Positions 42,541-56,199 of a stretch of DNA of 64,000 bases are shown one piece after another. The DNA is from Octopus sinensis (Eukaryota), in NCBI RefSeq assembly GCF_006345805.1, contig NC_042997.1, positions 47,182,001 through 47,246,000 of the forward strand, in the 5' to 3' direction. The translations under genes were made by a program, and so were the position numbers. The notes below the pieces were generated by a model that worked only from the letters and a program-made list of their open reading frames with translations, was not told the origin of the DNA and made no database searches. The stretch's first letter is position 1. Every line of letters starts with the position of its first letter.

Positions 42541-42888
42541 GTGGAGGCGCAATGGCCCAGTAGTTAGGGCAGCGGACTCGCGGTTTCGATTCCCAGACCG
42601 GGCGTTTTGAGTGTTTATTGAGCGAAAACACATAAAGCTCCACGAGGCTCCGGCAGGGATGGTGGTGATCCCTGCTGTACTCTTTCACCACAACTTTCTC
42701 TCACTCTTACTTCCTGTTTCTGTTGTACCCGTATTTCAAAGGGTACGCTGAATATCCCCGAGAACTATGTTAAGGGTACACGTGTCTGTGGAGTGCTCAG
42801 CCACTTACACGTTAATTTCACGAGCAGGCTGTTCCGTTGATCGGATCAACCGGAACCCTCGTCGTCGTAACCAACGGAGTGCTTCCAT
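42541..42888 (+). mobile_element. tRNA-derived SINE family C
   Basis: GGAGGCGCAATGGCCCAGTAGTTAGGGC A-box, GGTTTCGATTCCC B-box, and 3' GTGTCTGTGGAGTGCTCAGCCACTTACACGTTAATTTCACGAGC (Ceph-domain-like, recalled). Inverse copy at 62571-62957. Confidence 0.88.
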
Positions 42889-44315
42889 CCAAATATATAT
42901 AAAACACATGTATGTATGCAATTATGTATGTATGTTACGCTTCTCCTTAGCTAAAGCAGTACTAAGCTGTTAGACATCAATATACTTCACCTTCACAGAA
43001 TTAGTATGATCTGGGGCCAAAATGGTATGAATCTTCAGACAGACCGCATTGGCACTCAACTCTCGCCTTAGAGTTCCTGATCGTCAGACACACACACACA
43101 CGTGCACCCAACCGCGTAACACATATTGAAATTGTCGTTAATCTACGTTAGTATATGATTGGCATAAACACACTATTTGGTTCCATAGCTACATTTATAT
43201 TTGTATTGTAAAAAAAAACGTTTCAAAATTTCAAGTAAACAATTGCTTGCAGCTTCAGTATTTTCTTGTGTATAAATGTAAATAAAAGTATATAAATGTC
43301 ACGTCTTCTTAGTTCTACTCACCTAAAAGAATAGTTGTTCACTTATATATATATATAAATTTCTTTGTAGTTATAAGTATAAATAAGCTATAGTTGTTAC
43401 TTAGCAGCATTAATGTTATGTGAAAAGGAGGTTTTCAATGATGCCCGGAAAACCAAAACGTGATATGCGACATAACTAGATTCAATAAACTATAAGGCTA
43501 TTTACATCAGAGGTTTGTAACTAAATCGATATGTCTAGAGAGATGCATGTCCAATTTATGTTATGAAGTTGTCTCAAAGGAAGCCAAAGACACAAAGATA
43601 GATCAATTTGGAATACTGAAATGTCTAATTCTTGAGAAATTGCAGTGTAGTTTATTGACTGAACGAAGCCAAAGAAGGAAAAAAAAAAAAAAAAAAGGAA
43701 AAAAAACTGACAATAAAATGAAGGCGTCTGATTTAGCACTTAACAATCATACAATGATACTGCATCACCGATGTGTTAATTGGACATTTATGCCTTAAAA
43801 TTGTCACTCCATTATCACACATGTCATATACTATTGATTTTTTTTTAACACACAAAAAAAAAACACAATGCTTTTTAAGAAGAAACATGTCTTGTAATAT
43901 TCTTAGCCTAAAAAAACCATTACTAACATTGACTAATTTAAACTGGAAACAAATGTCTCTCAGTTTACTGAAGTACTCTTTAAAGCAAAAGGTGACAACA
44001 TGTCAAACTTAAATGATTTCAAACTACTTCGTAATGGTGTTTTTAATAACAAGACCCATTATGTTCTGTGCTTTTTGTCTTCTTAATTATATGATATTTG
44101 TATTTATTCCGAGGTAACCAAATATCAGCAAAATACATCCATACATACATACAATCTTCATCGTTTATATCTGTATATTCTCCTTATTCGTTTCTCGTGT
44201 ATATTACTATGTAATCTATATGGTTTGTGCTATGACCATCTAAGGTGCTTTTTTACGAGTACCGCCGGATTGCTTCAATCTATATATCGTGACATATACA
44301 TACATACATACACAC

Positions 44316-44388
<73 letters not shown>

Positions 44389-44446
44389 TAGTTATCGCCA
44401 AGCTATATATAATATTATATATATATATAATAGTTATCGCCAAGTT

Positions 44447-44500
<54 letters not shown>

Positions 44501-44789
44501 ATAATAGTTATCGCCAAGCTATATATATATATATATATATTAATAGTTATCGCCAAGCTATATATATATATATATATTTAAGCAGACATGATAGAAATAA
44601 TTGATACGGAAGATGGACCATACTGGAAATTTATTGAACACAACGATCGTTTCGAAACGTCCTGCATCGCTCCTTCGCGGGTGGGAAACTATACAATCGA
44701 TTTCGATGTATCACGTGGTGCACAAGCATCAACTCGACGTGCCAACGAAACAACAGCAACAACAACAGCAAGAATAATTCTTTCTATTA

Positions 44790-44985
44790 TAAACAGAAAG
44801 GTGAAATCTTGTGGGAGGGGGCTAATTGATCATATTGACCATAATATTTGTAGCTTATTTCATCAATCCCGGAAGGAAGGTCGGCCTCGGCGCAATTTCT
44901 ACTCAGTTCGTAAAGAAGGACGAAAGGCCTCTCGGTGTTTTTTTTTTCCGGTGTGCTAATGATACTGCTAGCTTGGTGCCATTTT
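44790..44985 (-). mobile_element. Degenerate family A SINE
   Basis: GGCACCAAGCTAGCAG head, GAAATTGCGCCGAGGCCGACCTT, and CCCCTCCCACAAGATTTC tail. Confidence 0.6.
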
Positions 44986-47169
44986 ATTATTACCAAATAT
45001 TTGGTCATCCCATTAACAAAGAGGTTTATTTTATACTTCTTTTATTTTTCAAAATTAAAATAAACAAAGCTCTCTTTTAATCTAAAATATACTCTATCCT
45101 TCATTTTCTACAGTGCTCTTCCACCTATCCGTTGCTAAAAACACAAGTTAGCGATACCACAACGTTTCCCTGTTCTTGCAGATTATAGGGAGCCACTTTA
45201 CATTCTCATAGTATCTCATTACACCTAGATTGAACTACACCAAGAACAATTTATTCTCTAGAACCCTGCGGGCATTATAGTACTAGTAAAAAGAAACATT
45301 TTGTTCTAAATATATAACATAGCCAATTGTGTAGCCGAAGCGTAGGTGTTTAGATAAAGAGACACTTCAGTGTTATAGAGCTCAATATGTTATTTAACTC
45401 TGGGTTAAACAACACCTTCTGGTAAACACTAATGAAACAGATTTATGATTCAATGTGCACTCGGCAACCTATTATCTTAAAGGTGAAAATCTCGGTGGTA
45501 GACTATGAAGTCATTTGAGGGAACTTGGTAGTAATTTCTGGCAAATTAATGAACTGCGCAGAAGCGGGATTGATGGCTCGTACAACGTTGATTGACCTTG
45601 TAACAGGAACTTCCAAGTTTGGAGGTCCTACAATATTCTCAAGTGTAGCAGCATTGCTCCGACGAAATCACACCCTTCCCAGTTAATTGTAACTCCTGTT
45701 CTCTCGCTTTATTGAGAGTATATTATATAGTTTTCATAATTACAGTTAGCATGGTTATTGTGGTTGTTATCGAACTAATGCCTGACTAGAACTAAAAAAG
45801 GAAAAAAAAACAGAAGAATTTTTCAGAGCAGGTTGATAAAATAAAAGCATAGAATGATATCTAATGAACAAGAATAAGTAGTTTCTATAATATACTCACC
45901 TTTGCTTAGAATAAAAAACAAACAGGTATAATAATAAATTTCCAAACATACAAACATATGCATATTTATGTGTGTTCGTTTAATTTATCAAGTGGACTCG
46001 TGCTGTGTTGTGTCTACGTGTGTATATGTTAATGTGCGAATGTATAAACTATTTCATAGCCATAGAGTTTATATATTTCTGAATTATATTTTTACGAGCG
46101 AAATCACCAGACATACAGGCTACACATTTTAAATTTCCAAAGAAAACTTTCAGATATGTTCGACGTTATTCAATACATTAATGTTTTTTACTTTTTATTT
46201 TATTTTAGTCATCATTTGCTGAGTCCATTGGTGATAATATGCGCCGTGCTTTTTCTTTTCTATGCTATTATTTTCTTGTATGAAGAATGTATCTTTCAAT
46301 GAGTGCTAAATGAAGAGGCTCATTAGAAGTGAATTGGTTGTATTCACAGCATTAAGGGTTATGAGGACATTAGTGTTTGCAGAAGAAATATCCGTCATCA
46401 ATTTTGAATACATGTTTTAGAGTGTCTATTTACCTCAAGAGTCGGACTATCATTTATTCTGGTAACTCCAAAAATGAAATATGAATAGAGACCGTTAGAG
46501 CTTACAAGGTAAGCTGTCATTCATACAGGTTATATTTCTGGCGGCTGTCGTTTATTTCAGTAACTTTGTTAATATTTCTGAAAATAGTTTGGATGTCACA
46601 ATTGTCACTGCATTATTTGCCTGTAATACAACTAACTTTTGGTAAGAGATATCACTTGTTTGAAATGTATATAAATGGATTATTTTGCGTATAAATGTTA
46701 AGATAATTTGCGAGAATCGATACGACAACTTTAATGTCATACATTATTCAATTGTTCTCCTTATATTTTTAGCTCGAATCCCATCGAGATTAATTGTGAT
46801 AAAATAAATACCCACCGAGAATAAGAGGTTAATGAATCCAACGAACACTTCTCAATAAGTGGCTTTAAGAATTTGTTAGAAAGTAATATGGTAGAATATT
46901 TTTGTAAATTGCACTACATTCTTTACAGCCGTTCACAGTATAAGTTAATAATAATACATCAGGCTTACTTCGATTTTCAAACACCACAGAAATAGTGAAA
47001 TTGATTTAATTGATGCTGTGTGGTTTCTGTATATATTAACTCCAAAGTTTGTCATATATGGACATAAGTGAGCTGTGTGCTTCTAAGAAGCCATTTACTG
47101 CCTAAAACTATTGGGAAAACATGCCAGATACGTCTTCTTCATATGTATATATATATAAATATATACAGA

Positions 47170-47745
<576 letters not shown>

Positions 47746-48240
47746 CATATGTACATGAGTGCAGGTGTACATGAGAAAGAAGCTTCAAGAATGACTTTCA
47801 GAACGAATAATAATTATATTTATTAACAAAAGAAAATATTTGTGTAAGTGGAAACGTTAGAGTTTTAAAGCGACGAGAGAAATTATGGTAAAGATAGAAC
47901 GTAAGAAAGTAAAAAAAGGGATAGAAATAAGCTAAAAGGGACAAAGAGAGGAAGAGAGAGATAAAGGAGAGAAAGAGAGAGAAGATGCTTGAAAGAGAGT
48001 ACCAATTTGCTTCCTTATACACGTTCATTTCAACTATTAAAGCAATAATTCTTTCCTAACATAGCAAAAGCACAACACTTCATTTCCACGTTATGTATTG
48101 AAAAATGCATTCATCTCAAAAAATTATCACATGGTGCTATTTGAACTCAGGATCTTATCGTAATATTCACTAATTTACACAGTAACGTTGCTGGTTACGC
48201 AGCAGATTATTCTTACTCGCGTTATACATTCTCGCCAGAA

Positions 48241-48472
48241 GGCGGCGAGCTGGCAGAAACGTTAGCACGCCGGGCGAAACGCTTAGCGGTATTTCGTCTG
48301 CCGCTACGTTCTGAGTTCAAATTCCGCCGAGGTCGACTTTGCCTTTCATTTTTTCGGGGTCGATTAATAAAGTACCAGTTACGCACTGGGGTCGATATAA
48401 TCGACTTAATCCGTTTATCTGTCCTTGTTTGTCCCCTCTGTGTTTAGCCCCTTGTGGGTAGTAAAGAAATAG
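48241..48472 (+). mobile_element. Family A SINE, well-preserved monomer
   Basis: GGCGGCGAGCTGGCAGAAACGTTAGC..GAGTTCAAATTCC..GTAGTAAAGAAATAG. Confidence 0.92.
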
Positions 48473-48758
48473 CTATATATTATCCGCCAGTTGGGAATAT
48501 TAAGTGAACGAGAAATTAACGGAGCAACAGGTCTCAGGTCCTAAGAGATAAAATTGAAATAAAAGCAAAAGCAAAAATAAATACCACACTTTCACACAGA
48601 GGAGTAAATCTCCAAAACTGATTTCAGAAAAACACACAAATAATATAAAATTAAGAAATAAACAGATATTGACACTCTTACAGTTCTATATTTAAGAGAT
48701 GAGGAATTATGTACATTATTTACATTTGACGGATATTTGTCCTCATCTTGTTTGTTGT

Positions 48759-48806
48759 AGACACAACATTTCGGCTGATATACCCTCCAGCCTTCATCAG
48801 GTGTCT
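48759..48806 (-). ncRNA. Minimal type I hammerhead ribozyme
   Basis: AGACAC | CTGATGA | A GGCTG-GAGGGTATAT-CAGCC | GAAA | TG T T | GTGTCT. Stem I is a perfect 6 bp, stem II is 5 bp, and the core is canonical. Confidence 0.8.
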
Positions 48807-48900
48807 TGGGGAAATTTCGAACCTGGGTTCTCATTCCTAAGGTATTTTACGATATTATGATTATTATTATTATTATTATTATATTATTATTATTATTATT

Positions 48901-49436
48901 GAGTGAGAGAGCAGTGCATACCATCAAAGTGACATTCGGGTAAAATATACGAAGCCCAGTATACCCATCATGACTACCCGTCTGATAAGGGTACACCAGA
49001 CACATGCATCACAACCATATGTGCGCGACATGGTGATCTCATATCAAGATAAACAGCACATGACCATGCAGGTGGGGCCCAGTTAGAATTTTCTTCAGGT
49101 CGAGTAACCCATTCCGCTCAAAAGGTCCCATGTTTACAGAGGTGAATTATTCAAAGCCTAATGAATCCCTATCAACACATGGCTATGATGCTCCCCCACT
49201 ACTTCTGCTTGTGATCAGGGATGCCCATATCGTCAGCCACTAAGGGACATGCTCAACTGGTTACGGTCAAACAACTGACATGCAAATCTGTGGCATTGAG
49301 CAGAATAGTTGCTGTAGCCCATCTTTTATACCAAGACAAAACAAAGTAATGATAACACTTCCAATCAGTTAAGATCAGAAGCCACGAGAGCCACTGCATT
49401 ATTATTATTATTATTATATTATTATTATTATTATTA

Positions 49437-49469
<33 letters not shown>

Positions 49470-49964
49470 GAGTGAGAGAGCAGTGCATACCATCAAAGTG
49501 ACATTCGGGTAAAATATACGAAGCCCAGTATACCCATCATGACTACCGTCTGATAAGGGTACACCAGACACATGCATCACAACCATATGTGCGCGACATG
49601 GTGATCTCATATCAAGATAAACAGCACATGACCATGCAGGTGGGGCCAGTTAGAATTTTCTTCAGGTCGAGTAACCCATTCCGCTCAAAAGGTCCCATGT
49701 TTACAGAGGTGAATTATTCAAAGCCTAATGAATCCCTATCAACACATGGCTATGATGCTCCCCCACTACTTCTGCTTGTGATCAGGGATGCCCAAATCGT
49801 CAGCCACTAAGGGACATGCTCAACTGGTTAAGGTCAAACAACTGACATGCAAATCTGTGGCATTGAGCAGAATATTTGCTGTAGCCCATCTTTTATACCA
49901 AGACAAAACAATGTAATGATAACACTTCCAATCAGTTAAGATCAGAAGCCACGAGAGCCACTGC
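48901..49964 (-). mobile_element. Two head-to-tail copies (48901-49397 and 49470-49964) of an approximately 496-bp (AAT)n-tailed retroelement
   Basis: Copies differ by two 1-bp indels and four substitutions. The 3' part matches 20661-20856. Confidence 0.85.
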
Positions 49965-49984
49965 ATTATTATTATTATTATTAC

Positions 49985-50028
<44 letters not shown>

Positions 50029-50229
50029 TCACTGCCTGGAATCGATTCGGAATCTTGGCGTCAGTAACCCGTGCTCTTTATCACTACGCCATATGCCCGT
50101 GGGTATATCAGCCGAAACGTTGTGTTAACAACAAACGAGATGAGGACAAATATCCATCAAATGTAAATAATGTAAATAATTGGCACTCTTGTTTCATAGA
50201 AATTGATGGATTTAAAAACTGACACGTCG

Positions 50230-50730
50230 ATTCTGCGGTTAGAATGATTTCTTTACATATCCTTGCATTGCATATTTTTTGGCAATCTGCTTTCGATAAT
50301 CTAGGTATCATCGAAAAGACTAATATACGATTCCACTTCCTGTTAATTTTTTTCTTTGTCGCTAAAACTGTTAACCACAAGTTGGACATCAACAGTGTGA
50401 TGGCCATCTTGCAGTTAACAGTTTTAGCGTCTTGATGACGTTGCTTAGATTACAGCTATGCTGGAAATCCTTATTCAAATGGTTGGCTTCGAAAAGTCAA
50501 AGTAAGTTTCAGGCCTTCTGAGCTTGCAAGCAAGTTCTAGTTCTAGGGTAATCATAACATTTGTTATACTGCTAAATTTCTCTGGAAATCCTAATAATAT
50601 TATTACTTTCTCCACTGCTGATATTAAAACAGATAAATATCCATTGCCAGGTGAAGACAGCAAGGAGCTCTATATTGAAAACTTATTGGATTTGATACTT
50701 GGATTTATACTGCAAGTGAGAAAAAAGAGT
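50230..50730 (-). pseudogene. Possible decayed RTE-type RT fragment
   Basis: ORF 50475..50663 contains LLGFPEKFSSITNV, like the RTE L..FG.PEKF..II motif. Confidence 0.35.
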
Positions 50731-50885
50731 TAATCCTATCAATCATCAATATAAGGAAACACAAAAGACAGGATTTGACGCTACCTATAAGGAAAAATGG
50801 ATATGAGGTAGTGTTCATTAATGATTAAAAAATGTGATACAAAACACGTGTAAACTTGTTATGAAACAGATGCATGTGAATTTAT

Positions 50886-50934
<49 letters not shown>

Positions 50935-52821
50935 GGTGAGAGGGTGAGACAATCAATGGGTGTGGGCGACGATGTGAGGGGACACGTGTGGAAGGTTAAA
51001 TGGGTAAGTGTCTTCATTACCTATTACATTTACATTGAAGAGAAGAGTTAAAATGATAAAAGAAATACTTAATCATAGAAAACGATAACAGCGTCTCTGG
51101 AAAAGATGGAAAATAAAAAGAAGAAAAGATAAAAGAAAGGTATGAATATGAATAAAACAATTAATCAGCAATGAGTATTAATAAAAAAAAAACTGGTGAA
51201 AAGATGGGAAAGAAAAAGAAACTTTGTAATTACTGTATCACAGCAGAATATGAAATCAGATATACTGTTTTTAATAATACCTTTTGCAGTTGAATTTCCA
51301 CCATAATAGTAACTTTATGTAAGATGACATATTGACACAACAGAATATGCTTCAACACACGAACTCATATAAAGAATCTTGCAAATCAAATCCAAAAACG
51401 AAACATATTGATGTGTTTATTTAGAAGTTATAGTGAATAAGTTTACAGAGAGGCTGTGCAATGATTACTGTTGAGGAATAACTACAAAAACTTGACACGA
51501 ATGATCGGAATGAGCCGATTGAGTTTTAAAGGAAGTAGTGATCGATGGTCCAGCTTGTTATTGACATTAGTAATAGTTAAATGAATAGTGATGTGTGGTA
51601 TACAAAGCTTTAAAATTTCTCAACGTCCTGAAATACTAGTTCCCCGATGAAGGTCGATAGCTTCTAAACAGATCTAGATGCTAGGCGATATTGTATTAGA
51701 TGTAATGAAAAATTCTGGTAGATATGATTGCATTTTGGCGAGAGTTACAGTCGTTCTATCAATGTCCGCAATTAATTATTTTAGCCTCGCAGGAAATAAA
51801 AAAAAGCAAATTAGATACTTGAGTGATTCTAACTCAGAGCGTAGAGGGACAAAAAAAGTGAAAGAGATTTTGTCCGAAACTTGCCACTTCACCACTTTTT
51901 AGATATGCCTTTTAGAAGCACACAAGAATCTCCAGTTTAATTCAGAAAGCATACCGACCTACAGTTAGGAAATATTTTACGCTAGTTGCTATATATCTGG
52001 TGAGAAAGAAATTAGTATTGAAACTTACTTTAATATTGGTCATCCATTTATGACAGAGATTTTCTGAAGATTATATATATTGAATTACGATATACTGATG
52101 ACTTAGTAAATTCCCTAACGCATAAGTTGTTCAGCTGTTTAATTTGAATTAAACTTATAGATGTTACGGATATGTTCGATTCTATACTGCGAAACTCAGA
52201 AATGTTTAGTCTTCAGGCGATTCCGTTCATTTAAAAACTGTTCTCTAGAAGATATGAGATTCTGTGTTGAAAGTTGTTTGCTGCTCTGTTAGCTAGTGTA
52301 ATCATATTAACATAACTATTACTTTATTATAGAATATGCTGTGGATCACAGGGTAGTACAATATATGGAATGTAGTTATAAAGGCATTTATATCTATAAA
52401 CCGAGTCTTCGTAATCTAAAGTATAGTCTTGAGATTGAATGATCAATAACAATAAGGATCAATCACGAAATAACGAGAACCAATTGAATAATTTATTTCA
52501 TACACAAAATGTTTGACCTTGTACATGGTTATTGATTTTCACTAATCTAATTATGGGAATTTTTCTGTGTGCCATGTTTTTGTTATTTTTTAAATTTTTG
52601 GTCCTTCTACCTGCATTTATACGCAACGCGTTGCATTAAATCGGTTCAGAAATATCTGATGACTCTCAGGGATCTTATATTTATCTTGGCACACAATCCA
52701 GAGTGATTTTAAAGGGAATGCTTAAGCTTGAGATATAAATATATTACAAAAAAGTATTAAGGTTAATGACATTTCCTCTACTGCTAATGTTGACTATTTT
52801 CGAATAAACTATATTTTCTGG

Positions 52822-53241
<420 letters not shown>

Positions 53242-53440
53242 TAAGTAGGCGAATGAATTATCCTAGTATTGATAATTCAGTTAATCGATACCTGGGTAGC
53301 AAATTCACGTCAGAAAACACGGTTGAAGCTACATGCCAAGGGCAGAAACCCCGTGTTTTTGTGTGGTAATTTGTGTGTTTTTTTTATATATGAACATGTA
53401 GGCAGTCATAAAAAAGTTTTTGTTCGTCTTGAGGCTGATA

Positions 53441-53546
53441 GAAGTTCCTTGTCTTTCCTGATGAGAAGACGGCATAATGCACACTTTATTCCTTCGGAAT
53501 TAAGAGTATGCAGTCTTCGAAACATGTGTTGAGAGTAAAGGAATTT
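53441..53546 (+). ncRNA. Type I hammerhead ribozyme with extended stems I and II
   Basis: Core CTGATGA at 53458-53464. Stem II GAAGAC/GTCTTC caps a long hairpin, GAAA is at 53519-53522, stem III is ACA-TG-TGT, and the cleavage triplet is GTT. Stem I is CTTTC/GAGAG, a 2x2 loop, then TTCCTT/AAGGAA. Confidence 0.8.
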
Positions 53547-56199
53547 TGTTAAAAATCTTCGTTCGACTCCATTCTTTCATTTATTCATATATATATATAT
53601 ATCTGGATACGAATTTATTAACTTTTGATTAAAGTCTTCATTTTCCCGATTAAGTATTGTTTTTGGTTTGCATAATAAACTGTTTGGTAATTCGTAAATA
53701 TATTTGTTTTCATTATACAAGCTGTTGTCGCTTATGAAAGTGTTTTATGATGGCAGAATTTATTTGAATTTTAGCAAATCATGTGTGATAGATGTAGCTA
53801 TATAATGTTGGAAAGAAGTTGAATGTATTCTCTTTTAATTAAAACTTTTCGAAAGTAATAATCATTCAAGTTTATTACCGATACGGAGCCAATACTATAG
53901 TATCAGAAAGTCGATTGAAAATCGCCGTAATCAACATTTAAAAGGAGACCAGTTTTCTTTAGAATAATAGCTATATGTCTAAGTGCAGTCAATTAGAACT
54001 AAATATAATTCACTTAAATGACAACAGTTTACACAAGTACTTACATGAGTAAACTTTATGAAACAAATTAATACTTGTGAAAGTGATGTGTTTGTAAAAA
54101 CAAAACAGACTGAAAAGAAACATTATTTGTGAAGATTGATGATACTTCTCGCTTCTTCTCCATAACACTTTCTAGAGAAGAATAAGATCACACAGACACA
54201 AACACACACATTCACACACAGACGAATGTATATAGGTGTGTAAATGTTTGTGTGAAAGTGTAGTAATCACTTTTACCGTATAGAACATCATGCTCTGTTG
54301 AGCAGTCTGCGAAGATTAGTGCTATCCCTGAACGTTATATTTTCTAATCATTCTTTCCATTTCTTACAATGATGCCTGGAGTAAATTTAGAATGTATCTC
54401 TCTCCTATGAATACACGTTTTAGTTCAAGAGATAGTGGTAGAATTTCGCATCAGCAGAAGGACATGTTTGTTAAAAGTGCTATGAAATTTGTTGTAAAGT
54501 AAATACATCTACATATGGATTCCAATATATTGGCGAAAGGAATAGTAGAGGTTAAAAAATGAATGCACTTAATGGTCTCCTTTTAATTAAAAGAGAATGA
54601 TCAAATCTGAGAAATATCAAAGAGCTGTAATTCCAGAATATATGTCAAATTGTTTGATATTGTTATTGGAGAAAACGTGCGCTGTGTATCTATGAGCACA
54701 TTAAGTTATCCTCGAACGGACTTCAATTCAATTTCATCGTTTTTGATAAGTTAAGAAAATTAAATGTATCGAAAGTTGAAAAATCTTATTTAAAACTCTT
54801 ATGAAATAATAGGGTTAGGACAACGAATTATAGTAAGTGTTAATAAAGTGAAATCCCGATTGAGTTAAATAGATATAAAACTGTTCAGGAACAAGGCTTG
54901 GGAATATACGAATTTAAATGTTAGTTAATATGGAATTAAGTTGTTAGAATTATATTTGCAGCTTATTTGTGAAAGCCAACTGTAGGCAATGCAACACTGC
55001 TGGCTCTTAACTGTTGTTTTTCAACAGTAAACGTTACATAAATAATCAAACTGTACACAACAATGTAGTTTGATCATTAGCTATAAGTAATAAGGCGGCG
55101 AGCTGGCAGAATTTTTAGAAGCTATCTGGTTATAAGAAGATACGTTGTAGGTCAGTTTTAAATAGCTCAGTTTAGATAACTGGAATTGATTTTTTTAAAA
55201 AGTCTTTTGAAATTGTACATTTTATGTTTACACGAATATCGTATGAGTAAGCAGTGCTCAATCATGTTCTTCCAATGCAGTTGTTAATATTCTCAATAAA
55301 TGCCTCTTGCTGACATAAGAATCTCCATAGGCGGGTCTAATCTAAATACACTTCATTAAATCTAAGTTCATAATTAATATTCCCTTAATCTAATGAGAAT
55401 GGGAGTCGTACAGGTATGTAATTAAACTAAGTACGTTTAACTATTACACGATGACGGTTATATGAATATTCAGATAGTAAAATCTAGATGCATCTATATA
55501 ATCACTGCTGAGAATGTAGCAATATAATTTTATGCATATTTAAGAATAAAGTCAACCATAATTGATGTCTCCAAATAGTAATCGCTGCAGATGAGAGGGA
55601 CGTTGCTCAAACTCAAATTCATGTTCTAAGTCAGCCTACATCCTGCATATATATGTTTAAAAGTATTCTACCCTTAACCTGTCGAACTACGTTATCCATC
55701 CATATTGTATTTAAGGTGACTTTCCATTTTTTATGACGGCGAACATTGATTTGAAGGAAATTTGACTACTACTTAGGTATATTAATAAAAGATTGAATAA
55801 TGGTTCCCAGTTTTTCTAGTAAAGGTAAATTTGTACGATTTTAGAATTTCAATTCGATATCGACAGTTCATGGGGCTTTTCCCATATTTCAGTTACTGAT
55901 ATTCCTCTTCATGAACTCATTCATGTATCAAGCTATCAAAGCCATTTCTATTTCTCTATCTCTCTATCAGATAGCTTCTCTCTCTCTCTCTTGCTCTCTT
56001 TCTTTCCTTCCTTCTCTCTGTCACAAACACACACACACACTCGAATATCCTGCGCGCACTCACATATCTCGCACATGCCCACTCAATATCTTTCAGTACC
56101 AAAGATATAAAGAATTACATCTATGAATTCCACTCGCAAGGTGCACTTATGTACTGAGCATGCAATCAGCGAAATTGATTTCAATATGGAATTAATATA

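Larger units (their letters stand above)
48680..50178 (-). mobile_element. tRNA-headed, HHR-tailed non-autonomous retroelement with 5' inverted tail segment and nested inserts
   Basis: Minus-strand tRNA-like head at 50098-50025 (TGGCGTAGTGA A-box, decayed B-box), then (AAT)n, then a tail at about 48860-48680 containing an HHR. An inverted 80-bp tail copy lies at 50101-50180. TSD ATTGACACTCTT (48668-48679) / ATTGGCACTCTT (50179-50190). Confidence 0.78.

Noticed and set aside
44386-44559. CRISPR-like repeat-spacer array
   Set aside because: The spacers are pure (TA)n of variable length, the context is eukaryotic, and there are no cas genes.
44720-44790. Hydrophobic IILAVVVAVV or poly-Cys frames as a TM or palmitoylation exon
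   Set aside because: They derive from a SINE tail plus a (GTT)n microsatellite.
45490-45700. Roughly 50-codon frames open on both strands
   Set aside because: No usable splice acceptor or recognisable motif.
50025-50098. Functional tRNA gene
   Set aside because: The B-box and stems are degenerate and it is contiguous with the SINE body, so it is a SINE head. The same applies to the heads at 42541, 48241 and 62957.
51630-51680. CCGATGAAGG..AAAC as an HHR
   Set aside because: Stem II is poor and there is no GAAA or UH in register.
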